This document shows positions 1 to 11,838 of a DNA stretch of 64,000 bases, one piece after another. Every line of letters starts with the position of its first letter. Position 1 is the first letter of the stretch. The notes beneath the pieces are model-generated. The model did no database searches, had not been told where the DNA came from, and saw nothing but the letters and a program-made list of their open reading frames with translations. The stretch is taken from assembly GCA_051294905.1 (NCBI GenBank), contig CM119372.1:6758001-6822000 (forward strand), read 5' to 3'. This DNA comes from Botryllus schlosseri (lineage: Eukaryota). The translations under genes and the position numbers were made by a program.

Positions 1-114
1 CATCACTACGACCACTGAAACTTCAGTTGCATTTGTTGGAATACGCCACATGAACCTTGGCGACCACTGTAAATGCCAGGCCTTAGTTGAAGAAACATGG
101 CAAACGATATTTAC

Positions 115-834
115 TTCCAGTTCTTTAGCAGATAAAGCTGAACAGTAGTGAGTCACATCAGGCGTGGAGCAGGTATTGGATTGCTCTCTGATCTGCCAAC
201 TGTCCATCACATCTGCAACGTCTTCAGTAGGCGTGTCTGTAGGACATACAACACGGGCCGTTACTCACGGGCTTTCATAAAATCATCTATCATAACCTAC
301 CTAATCCGTTCGGTACCATATCATCCAACATGTCGCCGTTGAAGTTACCGCAGAGACCGCAAAGGCTTCCTTGCCATTTCTCGGCGTTGGACACGTGGAT
401 ATAAAAAGAAGACTCTCCGTCCCAAGTGATGTCAAGGCCGAACAACTGCCCGTATAAGACAATGTAGTCGGTGTATGGGATCGTCTCAATATGCACGCCG
501 TTATAGAAACTTGGGATATTGATTCTTAAAGTGAAATTCGCGAGATAACACGGCTTCGACTGCTTGAGGTGAAAACGCAATATTTACTCTTCCTGGTTGA
601 ATGTCGCTTTTCCTTGACTGAGTTCGATCATCATGTCTATGTTCGATATTCTCAAAGTGGCCTTCCCTTCCTCATTGTAGATGAGGCTTATGGAAAACGA
701 GTCTGACTTGCAGTCTCGCACCACGTAGTAATGACAACGTCCGGTCGATGAGTAAAACACGCCATCGAAGGTGTGGTAATGTTCCCCTTTCCAGATAGCG
801 CAAGTGCTGCCTTTGAGTGGCTCGTATCCAATAA
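115..834 (-). CDS. Gene 1 von Willebrand factor type D (VWD) domain exons
   Basis: 588-834 [33 protein letters not shown]...; 301-524 ...[38 protein letters not shown] (VWD signature [10 protein letters not shown]); 115-236 ...[14 protein letters not shown]. The introns are 63 and 64 nt. Confidence 0.92.
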
Positions 835-3800
835 CTAAAACAAAATACAGCGTGACGGGAAGGTGCCTAACGGTTGGTGTGATTAGTGGACGCGGGTGCA
901 TCCAACTGCCATTTATAGCAAGCCCTCCTGCAAGACGTGTACACTGTACAGGTCAGTTCTAAAGTTAATTTTATAGAATGACGTTTTTATTTACTAGAGA
1001 GAACTTCCCATCTCTTCAGGATCAGACGCAATGAACGCAATACATGAATACCACAAGAATGAAATGCGTCTCCAGACGCAAGTAGTTAAGGTATTTTATG
1101 GTGTACGTTGCGCGACTTCGCGTCATCCGACGCACACTAGAACTATAGTTACACAATAATAGGCAAACAGCGCTGGCACTAAAGGTATGATGGATTGCAT
1201 TGGGCGGAAAAGTTATATTACTTAATTCAATAGATTATTGGCTTATACGTCGCCGCCCAGAATGCCAACAAATCACTTTTTACTGCCGCAGAAAACCAGG
1301 TCCGGATGTGGCGCAAGGTCCTTAATAGTTATGATGTTACGGTGAAAACTTTTATGTTTTGTGATGACCATTGAATCAGGTGTTGTTATGTCTGTTCATT
1401 GTATGATTACAAGTCAGATCTTTCAACAGTTTTGAAAATACATCTTCGGTGGGCGTCTGGGCAGTATAATTTGTGACCCGATTCGTATTTTATGAGGTTT
1501 ATGGAGACTGATATTTTTCACCCGCTTCTCCCCACCCATTATGTATATATTCGTCGGTCATAGAGTTCATTCATATTTCGTGTGTTTGTTATTCGACTAG
1601 TTTTCGCACTATTTACTATTTATTCCATTCTGCAATGATTAAGTAACTTACCTTCCGATTCGCCATCTCCTTCGCCCGTCGTTGGTACTTCTAAAATATA
1701 AATTTTAGAAATGATGAGGTTGCCAAGTTTAAGCTACTGGTATAACTGCAGATACCAAGTCTAGAATATTATCGTCATCTTCCATCACACCCGCAATAAT
1801 ATAAACCGGGATTCGAACGATACTATATTATTATATCTTACTACTCGCTGCCGTCATAGTAAACTGAATGCCTTTTTATAGAAATGATCGTCGAGGCTTG
1901 CCTTCCGCTCAAATCATTACTGTATACAACTGTACGTTCAAGTGTACATGCACGGTTAGCATAATATTGATGATAAATTAGAACATTACCTGCACCGCTC
2001 GATTCACCTATACATGAAAAAATTAGGAACACAAATTAGACACGCGATAGGAAAGTATTGCAGCGATAAACTGCACCTTCATCGCCTTTGACGATCTGAT
2101 CTTCTGCAATTTCGATCGCGCATGAAATGGAAAAACGCACCAATTACAGATGATCGCATGTGATAAAATTGGATAGCAAATCACAGCACACGAAAACGCA
2201 ATTCGGGCGCACGCGGACGAAGAAAATGTTTCGAAACAACCAAGATCAAGTCAGATTATAATTATAGATCAAATCGATACAGCATACAAATGTATCAGGT
2301 TATCTAATATATTTCAATAATACAACTTGTCCTTTTCAAGGTAATAATATTTCGGTGTCACCCCATTTCAACGCGAAAGTCATATTACCTTGACCACTAC
2401 CTTCGCTTCCGAACTGGCCTAAAATGGGAATATTGGATGATTTGATGAATGCATAATTATTAACAGTGCATGCTCATGAAATAATTACCTGCGGCGCTAC
2501 CTTCAATGCCAGGTAACAGCGCATCTGAATCCGACAAATAGATTAGAACACGGAATAAATAGGCAGGCAATGAAAATTATATTTGCACAATCAATGAACG
2601 CATAGAAATGAACCAGCGTAAAACAATCAAGTGATTGTAATTGTGGGTCCCGTGAAAGCGAGTTGAATTGAATAATGTCCCGTAACAAAATAATGACATG
2701 ACCTGACCACTCAGATTTATTTGATTATAGTCATCGAGTTATTACTCAAGCCATGGCCTACTTAGTAGGCCATGCTCAAGCATACATAAAATGCTTTAGA
2801 ACTTATGCGACCATCTCGATGAACTGTAGCTTTGGGATTCAAGTCAATGATCCGTGTCGCAGCGTAATATTATGGGTTTGATGTCGCTCGATTACATTAC
2901 ATTGCACAATGCACACGAGCAAGAGCATAACACGGTATATTTTAAGTGAGACTTCCCAAGTTCAACCGAGATATTATAGCTAGGAATTTGCGATTACGCA
3001 GAGTTTGTATCGATTCGAAAACGCGAAGATACTGTTTGCATAGATCGAACACGGGAGAAACACTGTACAATTGAAAAATACGATTAATCAAGAATTAAAG
3101 AGATTACCCTGTGCACTGCCTTCCACTTCGATTTGTGGCAGGCCTGTAAATTAATAAATATGATATGATTCTGAACACCAGGCCTCAAAATGGACAAATG
3201 TATGTACCCTGCGCTGCACTGCCTTCCAATACAATATCTGGCAAGCCTGGAAATGTTCAATTAGTAACACGAGAAATCGTGATAAGAATGAATGAGAAAT
3301 TGCAATGAATACCGTGCGCAGCGCTGCCTTCTATCAGGGATGCGTCTGCGATGAAAATTGATAAAATTCATGCATCAATAAATACAGAGTCTGTTAACGA
3401 GATTATTTTACCCTGTGCGCTGCCTTCCACTTCGATTTGTGGCAGGCCTGTAAATTAATAAACATGATATGATTTAGAACACCAGGTCTCAAAGTGGACA
3501 AATATATGTATGTACCCTGCGCTGCACTGCCTTCCATTTCAATATCTGGCAAGCCTGGAAATGTTCAATTAGTAACACATAAAATTGTGATAAGAATGAA
3601 TGAGAAATTGCAATGAATACCGTGCACAGCGCTGCCTTCTATCAGGGATACGTCTGTGATTGAAATTGATAAATTCATGCATCAATATATGCCGACTTAG
3701 TTAAGGAGATTGTTTTACCCTGAGCACTGCCCTCCAATTCTATTTCCGGCAAGCCTGTAATTGATAGTCTGGTCAGAATGTACGTCGTAAGACGTAGATA

Positions 3801-6800
3801 GATGATTTGACAAACTACTCGATACTACTGTAGGCCCTACTCATAAGGATTAAGTGTGAATGTGGACTGTAGATTTGCATCTGAATCAATGAGTAAGCCG
3901 GCGACTGTGCATAATCTAAGTTTCGTAATGGGCAAGGATCAATTCATATGGGATTCGGATTCAAAGCTTTCGGATTTGGATCTCAGAAGACTTGAACTGA
4001 GAGAAGGATGATATCGACTGTTTTTCGCTACTGTTCTCTCCACGTTAATAACACGATATTTACTGCATTGTTGCGTAACAATTGAGAAAATCGTCGTTCC
4101 CTTTACAGAGAGGAATTTGAATTGAGTGACCTAAGTGTGTATTCAGCACTATATACGCGCACCGATATGTATACTTTGAGATACGAAAATCAAATAAACA
4201 ATAGTTCTGACTTTCAGTAGATGTACAAATCAACCTCATAGCTTATATCAATTGAAGGAATTGATTATGATCATGAATATTCATGAATTACACAATGTCA
4301 TGTTTGGCATGCAAAAGGTTAACAGACGTAATACTGTACAGTGTACAAATACCGTACCGTGGGCGCTTCCTTCGAAAACTGGCAATCCTGGATGAATGAA
4401 AAATTACAAAAACTTATTGCAGTGATATGGCACGAGCATGCGCAACAGAAGATGTATCGGTAAACAAGTCCATGTTACGGTAAATGTTATTTTACTATTT
4501 AAGAGATTCTATAACAGATATACTAAGAAAGTATGTAACCATCTTTGTAGTTGATCGAACAAAATTGATTATGAGAATCGGCAAGGATTTTAGATGTATT
4601 TTGGAGCATATCAGCGTTTAATTCTCGTCGCTTAGATTCTGAAGTTTTGAATCGAAGAGTGCGAAAACGAAGTTTAATATTGTCGATCATTAATAAATAT
4701 GCATATATATCGAAAATACATTATATCCAAATTAGAGCAAGCCAGAATATTTTTTCGATCGCAAAAAGCCAACTCACAGACTACCCGTATAAATATTTAA
4801 ATTATTCACCTTGGGAGCCGATTCCAGCTTCCACGTGGCCTGGAATATTACATAGATGACTAATTAGCAAAGTGGATTACTAAATCCGGAAAGAAAGCGT
4901 GTAAAATTAGGAATTGGCAATCAAATCGATGACAAAAACAGATGTTGAACACGAATTTTAAGAATTACAAATCGCATGCAGGACATATAGGAAAACGCGC
5001 ACTGATTTTCATGAAACTTAGTGACAAACTGGCTTATCACGATTCAAAAATGTACGAGTACACTCAGTGAACTGTTACTTCCACCTGCTCCGCGAACATT
5101 AAACCGTATCGTATGTCACTACAAGACGTCTAAAATAACTATAGTATTCACCAGTGGAACTGCCCTCAATATCGGCGAACTCAGCTCCACCGCTACCATC
5201 CAAACGCGATAAACCTACAATTTTGAGGCGATATTGTGTGTTTCCTACCATATCAAGGTCTATTTACACTGATGAGGAATCAAAACGCACGGGCGAATCA
5301 CCATTAATAATACAGAATATAATACAACAATTTAGTGTGAGGTATGAAGCTGTAATGTGGTGCATATCAATAGGTAATCTCGATCCACACGCACGTTTGA
5401 TACAATATCAATGTAAACACTCCCTTGTGGAAAGATTGATATTTACCAGTCCCGCTACCCTCTGAAATCGCTGCCTCTGCGCTTCCCTCTACAGCCAAAA
5501 CTCCTATTTGTACAATTAAACACTAACATCAAATTCATAATCTTCAACCTAGAATTCACAATATTATTACCAGCACCGCTGCTTTCTAGTACAATCCCTG
5601 AAAATTAATGTGATAGATTGAATGAGGAGCTCGTGGTCGAATTTAAAACGATGAAATTACCTTCGCCGAGGCCCTCTTTTGTATGGCCTGACTTATGAAC
5701 TGAAAGAAAGCCAACGTGAAATATTACGAAAATCATGCAAAATGTGATGAAAAATTATACCTGCAACAATCATGCCAGGCAACGGATACGCTGAAAGCAA
5801 CCAGGATGACGAATTAATAACGCGAAGCAGTGAAATCGGGACAATGGCAAGCACGATAGGTCTATAAATCTTGATGATAGGAAAATATATCTTGGTAAAA
5901 ACCCGCATGTTTGTCCGTGTAAGCTAAACTTTGCAGACCTTGACTGATCTTATTACAGTAATCTATAGTTGCGCAAAATATACCTACTCAACCTAACTTA
6001 ACACACTCCACGGCTGCCGCGGAGCCAATCAAGATCAACGCGATCCTGTCGGGGTATAGTCAAGAGCCATGCAATCACTCACCGGTACAGGTTTTCCTAA
6101 CTCCTTGGTAAATGGTCGTGGTGGAACACCAATACTCCCCATCGATAGATCCATCTTTGGTGCAGTCTTCGTACATTTTCCCGTTGAATTCGAACGGGAA
6201 AACGCATTCTTCAGGCAAAGCTGAACACCGCCGTAAATCTTAGCAATCATTGATTCCTACATGCCTACTACAAAGTCTCACGTATTTCGCACAATTCCCC
6301 CCTGTATCCGTCAGGGCAGGAGCATACGTCCGGAGCGGTGCAAGTGCCGTTGTGTTGACATCCATCGCCGCAAGTAGCTTCATATATGACAGGCATCGTT
6401 AAGTAAGATTGTGACAGGCTAATTAGCGATCATTCACTTACGAGTTTCGCAAATTTCTCCGCCGTATCCAGCAGGACACTTGCATTTGTTCGGACTGGCG
6501 CAAGTACCGCCGTTGAGACATGGCTTGCGGCAAACAGCTGTAAATAGCGATAGCTACCATTACATCTATCTTTGAGGAATGAATTTTACTTTGCTTGTTA
6601 CGGACTTTACGCGGAATCACTACCTATCATATAGAGTTAACAGCTTATAGCTCTCAGGGAATGATGAGAACATGCAATAATGCACAAGTCATGACACGTT
6701 CTATTGACATACGTCCATAAAATTATCCGGTATCGTCCTGTGTAGAATTGTCCAGCTTGGAAAGGTAGCTGCTATTTGAATTCACCGACACCACCGATGA

Positions 6801-7866
6801 ATGGCGTCAGTTTTCACGGCTTAACTTTCTATTCTGAATATTTTGTTGCCATGCTGAAATAGTTTCGTATGCATATCTTGTCATCAAATCTTTGTTTTAC
6901 CTTTAAACTTCGAATCGAGGACGTTTGTATTATAATATAGAATACATAGCTAGTTCTACATCACAACATTGATAATTTCGTATTTTTCACCGTGCCCACT
7001 GCCCAGTTTAGTGCTCGCGGTTTCAAGAATTACACATTGTTAAATAGAGTCGAAATTATAATTCTTGTTGATAAATGGACGTTTAAAAACGGCAATGAGC
7101 GTATAATCTCATTACTCGACTAGACTCATAATAATTAATACTCCATTCAGATTCGAGTACACGAATCGTTGTGCTCAGCCCTAGTTACGACACAGGAGTA
7201 GGTTGGTTGAAATCAAATTTGTGCCTTATGCACCTGACACGCCAGTATTTGACAATGTACCTTACTCAACACCTAGACCACAGTTTCGACATACCTTCTT
7301 CGCACGCATCACCTTTCCAGCCTTCAGAACAACTGCAGGTGTCGGGACCCGTGCATACGCCGTTCACGCACTCGTTGGTACAATGAACTAAGCAAAATAT
7401 TTCATATCAAATAATGATTGGTATTATCTACATTAGGTATCTCACATGCATCGCAGGCAGCACCAGTCCATCCTTCTTCGCAGTTGCACTTGTTCACGTC
7501 GACACACACGCCGTGCTCGGAACAGGCCGGGTTGCACGTTATCGTCTGGGTTTGCGTCTGACTTTGCGTCTGGTGCTGGACTTGATCAGGGACATGCTGC
7601 ATAGAGTCTGGTAGATCCGGGATTTTTCTGAAATAATGAGAGGCGACTTAGTGGATTTCATCTTGTGGGCAGAGAACATATCGCTTACATTACGTTCCGC
7701 TTCGTTCTTTTCGTCTTTTTTAAAGCAGCTTTACACGAAAAGGAATATATAGGTTATAGTCAAGCGTGTCTGTATATCATTAGTCGGATCGGATCTCAGG
7801 ATACTTACAAGTGGAATGGAGTATGGAGATTGCCAAAATGGCAGTAAAAATTAAAGAAAACTTCAT
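115..7866 (-). CDS. Multi-exon secreted ECM/proteoglycan-like protein: signal peptide, furin-like site, 4 EGF, FN2, Gly/Ser/Glu micro-exon array, VWD (3' end probably outside window)
   Basis: Exons (transcription order): 7809-7866, 7689-7728, 7446-7627, 7295-7387, 6442-6537, 6282-6377, 6083-6220, 17 micro-exons 5699->1652, 588-834, 301-524, 115-236. All are GT-AG, and they sum to 1917 nt = 639 codons with no stop. Confidence 0.85.
1652..5699 (-). CDS. Gene 1 array of 17 symmetric (phase 1-1, 3n) micro-exons encoding an acidic Gly/Ser repeat region
   Basis: Exons 5661-5699, 5571-5597, 5447-5503, 5152-5214, 4810-4839, 4358-4387, 3719-3754, 3621-3653, 3516-3554, 3412-3447, 3313-3345, 3208-3246, 3108-3143, 2489-2524, 2389-2418, 1990-2007, 1652-1690 (18-63 nt each). 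Each is flanked by a pyrimidine tract + AG and by G|GT. Example peptides: [33 protein letters not shown]. Confidence 0.85.
3095..3760. repeat. Tandem duplication of a ~305-bp three-exon unit (2 full copies plus a partial third)
   Basis: 3108-3411 and 3412-3718 repeat exon sizes 36/39/33 nt, and the introns align closely by eye. 3719-3754 is an additional 36-nt copy. Confidence 0.9.
6083..6220 (-). CDS. Gene 1 fibronectin type II (FN2) domain exon
   Basis: [45 protein letters not shown] matches the FN2 pattern C.FPF.(Y/F).G..Y..CT..G......WC.TT..Y......C. It is a 138-nt phase 1-1 exon with donor GTGAGT. Confidence 0.92.
6282..6537 (-). CDS. Gene 1 EGF-like domains 3 and 4 (two 96-nt phase 1-1 exons)
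   Basis: 6442-6537 [31 protein letters not shown]; 6282-6377 [31 protein letters not shown]. Splice sites are canonical. The ORF track misses them. Confidence 0.92.
7295..7627 (-). CDS. Gene 1 EGF-like domains 1 and 2, preceded by a Q/T-rich stretch
   Basis: 7446-7627 ...[42 protein letters not shown]; 7295-7387 [30 protein letters not shown]. Both have six-Cys EGF spacing. Confidence 0.92.
7689..7866 (-). CDS. Gene 1 exons 1-2: signal peptide and basic propeptide
   Basis: 7809-7866 encodes [19 protein letters not shown] (donor GTAAGT). 7689-7728 encodes [13 protein letters not shown], and RTKR fits the R-X-K-R furin consensus. The phases (1, then 2) join in frame to exon 7446-7627. Confidence 0.8.
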
Positions 7867-9727
7867 CACGTTCCTAACGCCCTCTTTGCTTTCCGAGTAC
7901 TTGTTGGTGAACCATACACAGAAAAACAATATATGGAGCGACTATCCAGCTGCTCATGAAAATATGAAGATGTTGATAATCCACAATGAAAAGTAATACG
8001 AACGCGCCGTGATGTGGGTCACTACATAAAAGAATACCAAATGCCTTTCGTGGTCGTTAGTTTCACGAGTATATACCTTCCAGAATAATATTACGTTAAT
8101 CTAAATTCGTACATGTATCTCCTCGTTACGATTTAATTTTAAAATTAGCCAATAAAAGGAGCAATCCCCGATATCCTGTTGGGAAACCTACTCAACGAAT
8201 TTGAACACAGCCACCAACCAAACGATTCCGACCCAGCCAACGAGCGGATTTTGGCGTTTGTGACAGTCACTAGTAAAGTAATACGCTATTATTCTCATCG
8301 CAAGACATTATATATTTACTTATAAAGCAAAACTTCGCTACGGAATTTACAGAGCATCTTGTTCAAGCACAATGCCTATATTTGTTTTTCACCGGGAAGC
8401 CGGGATACGCCTAGGTAACGCAAGTTGTATTAATTCGCATAACCTTTCGAGGTCCCAGACTCTTGAAGCATGGCAAGAGTCAATATTGGCTCAATGTGGC
8501 CAACAGAAAAATTGAGAATGATAAAATTCGTCGATTGCTATATCATAAAGCCGACGAGTCAAACTTGGTTGACGCCTTTGTACAACATAATCTCATATTG
8601 CCGGCGATTTCTTTCAAATACATTTTCCTAAAGAAGTAAAACTACGCAAGGGTGTCTCTACGCAAACATGATAATCAACGAACTCACATCTTGACGCTGT
8701 CAGTCCGCATATTTCTTTGCGTCACAAAAATTTGAGAAAGGAGTAGTAGCTTACCTTGATCAAAGAGTATAGACGAATGTTTCCAAACATCGGTGCGATT
8801 TTTTCAGGAAATTACTGGCACAATGAGTGTGTGGCTGACGACAGGTGAACACATTATTGACCAACCATGTACGTACACTAACATCAGTACCTACAAAACG
8901 ACGCAATTGTAGTTTACGAAATGAAAACGATTATTGACAATAAGAATAAGTCTTATCGTAACCTTACAAGACAACAACTCAATAAATGGATTGTTTATCC
9001 GGAATTGTTCATTGGGCATATGGGTACACTCTATGCGTAATACAAATAGTGTTATCGTATGATAGTCGGAAGCCAAGCAACACGAATAGTGCAACTTGCT
9101 CGACTTCGTATTTATTTGTAAGCTTTCCTCGGGAAAAGTGACACCGCACAATACCCACTCCGCAGATCGGAATTGCTCTGTAATGTGCACGCATTATCAT
9201 CAAGTTTCGTAAAACAATTTCTACCTATACTAGGATCAACCTATGTCGCAATTTTTCAAAGTAATGAACCAGATTCTGCATGTGAAGAATTTTGTTCTTT
9301 TCTGCTATCCGCATACTCCTCCAATAACTAAAGTATGTTTTGCTTGATTCGCCGATGTCCAAGACTGCTAAGAGGAGGTGATTACTGAACAGTGACGAAG
9401 CAACTCTACTTCCATTCCAGTCAATTTATTGCTAACAATTTCATACACCACAAGACCGCGATACAAGGATAGATAGGAAGGTGTCGAAACGACTTGGAGT
9501 AGTCTTCGAAATCATTCACTCACCTGGCCTAGGCGATGTAAAAAAAAGAGGCATCCAGACTGAATGAAAAGTAAAGAAGATAGTATAAAAGGACAGATCG
9601 AATTTCTTGTGTAAGATTTTCCTACTCGCACAACTTACTCAAGCAGTTGAGTTTTTGATTACTGTCAGTTTTATGAGAGAAATTGTCATGGAAACCACAG
9701 GAAATAGATTTTTACGCCGCTACCAAT

Positions 9728-10212
9728 TAGGGTTGCATTTAAAACAAACGGTGTTTTAAAACACTTTGTTTGAAGCATGTTTTATACGGTGTTTTGAACA
9801 AATGCGTTTTAAAAAAAAACTGTTTTTTTTTTCTTCAAAGCTTGTCTAATTATGTGGGGTGGCTGTAAGCCTCAAAATCGTCGTCGGTTCAACAGATTTT
9901 GCACGTAGATATTATGTCATTGGTACGAAATGGGTGTTCTGATGATGATCACCGCCTACCGTAAAAGTGCTGTATAACGATCTAGTCCTGCGGTTACAGA
10001 TATTTTTGGTCAGTTTACGACAGTGATCGGAAGCCCTTTTCGTCGAAGGAGCCATATTTACCCAACATTTTTAATTGTCAATGCCAATCCACTTTGACGT
10101 CACGACTAAATATTCGTGACGTCATGGCTAAAAATAAAAACATGTTTTAAACAAGGGCCTTTGTTTTAAACATGTTTGTTTTAAATTGATTTTTGTTTTA
10201 AATGCAAGCCTA
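9728..10212. mobile_element. hAT-type MITE
   Basis: TIRs TAGGGTTGCATTTAAAACAA / TTGTTTTAAATGCAAGCCTA; flanks CTACCAAT / CTCTCAAT (6/8 TSD); subterminal TGTTTTAAA repeats. Confidence 0.7.
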
Positions 10213-11838
10213 CTCTCAATCAACGTTGGTTCGTCAGAAGTTATATGACTGGCTGAAACACAGTTATATGACTGACTAAATCCTGCAGTTGCATTATTGG
10301 ATAGCATCTTCACATACCCGTGTCGATTAATATGACGACATAATCGTCCAATATATTTTTCACGCGACTTTACCAGGATAAAACAAGGAGACGCGATATA
10401 CAAGAAGTACTCAAAAAACGGGTCTAATTTGTCTCTTTTCGAACTGACACGCTTGAACGCATCGATTAGTTTATCTCAAGAAGATTGACACCAATTAAGC
10501 ACACCGTAATGTTTGAGGTCGAAATAGGGACAATGCCCCAATAAAAATGAACAAAAGTAATTCCTCAGGCCGGTGACATATAGTTACTTTGATGACACAA
10601 GAACGTCTCCACTCGTAAGGCTATAGTCGTGACGGCGATTCTTACAAGTCTTTGTGTTACGTTCGAGAATCGTCGGTTACACCAATAGCAACTTACGCAG
10701 AACGTAAGGGTCAACTGTTCAAAAGTTTGTGAACTCGCTTTGACACACACTTTTCAAGATCAATCTACCTCGCAAATTTATGAAGCATCAATCTTCCCCT
10801 AAACGCCCTGATATATTTGACCCACGCCAACAGCAAACATATACCTTCTCACGTAAATTCCAATGAGAGCGTCGCAATACAACATTTGAAGGAAAATAAC
10901 ATATTGTGTAGCTATTAGACTACAGGTGGTTGAGCTGGCTAGCTCCATTTCATCACAACCAGCGAGGCAAATCCATCTGCAAGTGCTATATGTAACTGTC
11001 AAAAATATCGAATGTCACCTAAACAGGGGTTTATGTGAAACATAGCCAACCGGAAGACTTATTTTATCGGTGTGTAGTGAAATGGTGGAAAATAATTATA
11101 TTATCAGTTTGATTATTTCATTTCAACAATGGTTCTTACCATAGAAAACTTGTTCAATGTTCATACACATATATCCTCGTCAAGTATTTCCACTCAATTG
11201 CACCCTTTTAAGTATATATCACTATCGAATTTCAGTGCCTTCGTGAATGACATCGATTTATGTACCAACGGAGCGTAACAAGCGTATCACGTTATTGCGA
11301 CATTTACTGTAGACCGTAAAACGATCTTCTGAAATACCCCATCCATATCCACCTTGCATAATTGGTATTATTTTACTGTACCCACACTATTTTGGTGCTT
11401 ATCGTCTAGTTGGATAATTTGTGCCACGAAAACGATCGCACAGTAATGTTCGTAGGACTCTTGCTTTGAGTAAGCTCTTCGGAGGACTTCCATCCACGCC
11501 ATCTTTCAGCGCCGTTTTCTCTCGCTTCATGCATTCTTCTCTGTGTCGTTTTGCTGCCGACGTCGTGGCGCGCCATACTTTGGATTCCTCTTGTTGCGTC
11601 GTTCTTGAATGCATTGGTTTTTATCGTTTTTCTGGCACCTGGTGTACCGAAAACTACCCTGAAATCTTATCACCAATCACATTTACCTTAATATTTCTAT
11701 AACTGCATTCTACTTGAATAGACAAAAAAAATTCAACAATTTTACTGGCAATAGTTGGCGAAACTACATACCTTAAATTTGTTGATGTTTTTCATTCAGA
11801 TTATATAATGTGTGGCAATGACGAGATGAAGATATGTG

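Noticed and set aside
1-66. Next exon of gene 1 after acceptor 67-68
   Set aside because: The intron would be only 48 nt, and the required frame (WSPRFMWRIP..) does not resemble the Cys-rich C8 domain expected after VWD.
3095-3760. Repeat-spacer appearance suggestive of a CRISPR array
   Set aside because: The repeats are spliceable exons in frame with a eukaryotic gene, the spacers are duplicated GT-AG introns, and no cas genes are present.
6710-6835. AG/GT-bounded candidate exon between EGF2 and EGF3
   Set aside because: There are stops in the frames from the main acceptor, no phase 1-1 solution and no domain motif.
11399-11702. Overlapping ORFs on both strands (71-93 aa)
   Set aside because: No recognisable domain, no partner exons, and the openness is explained by purine/pyrimidine skew.
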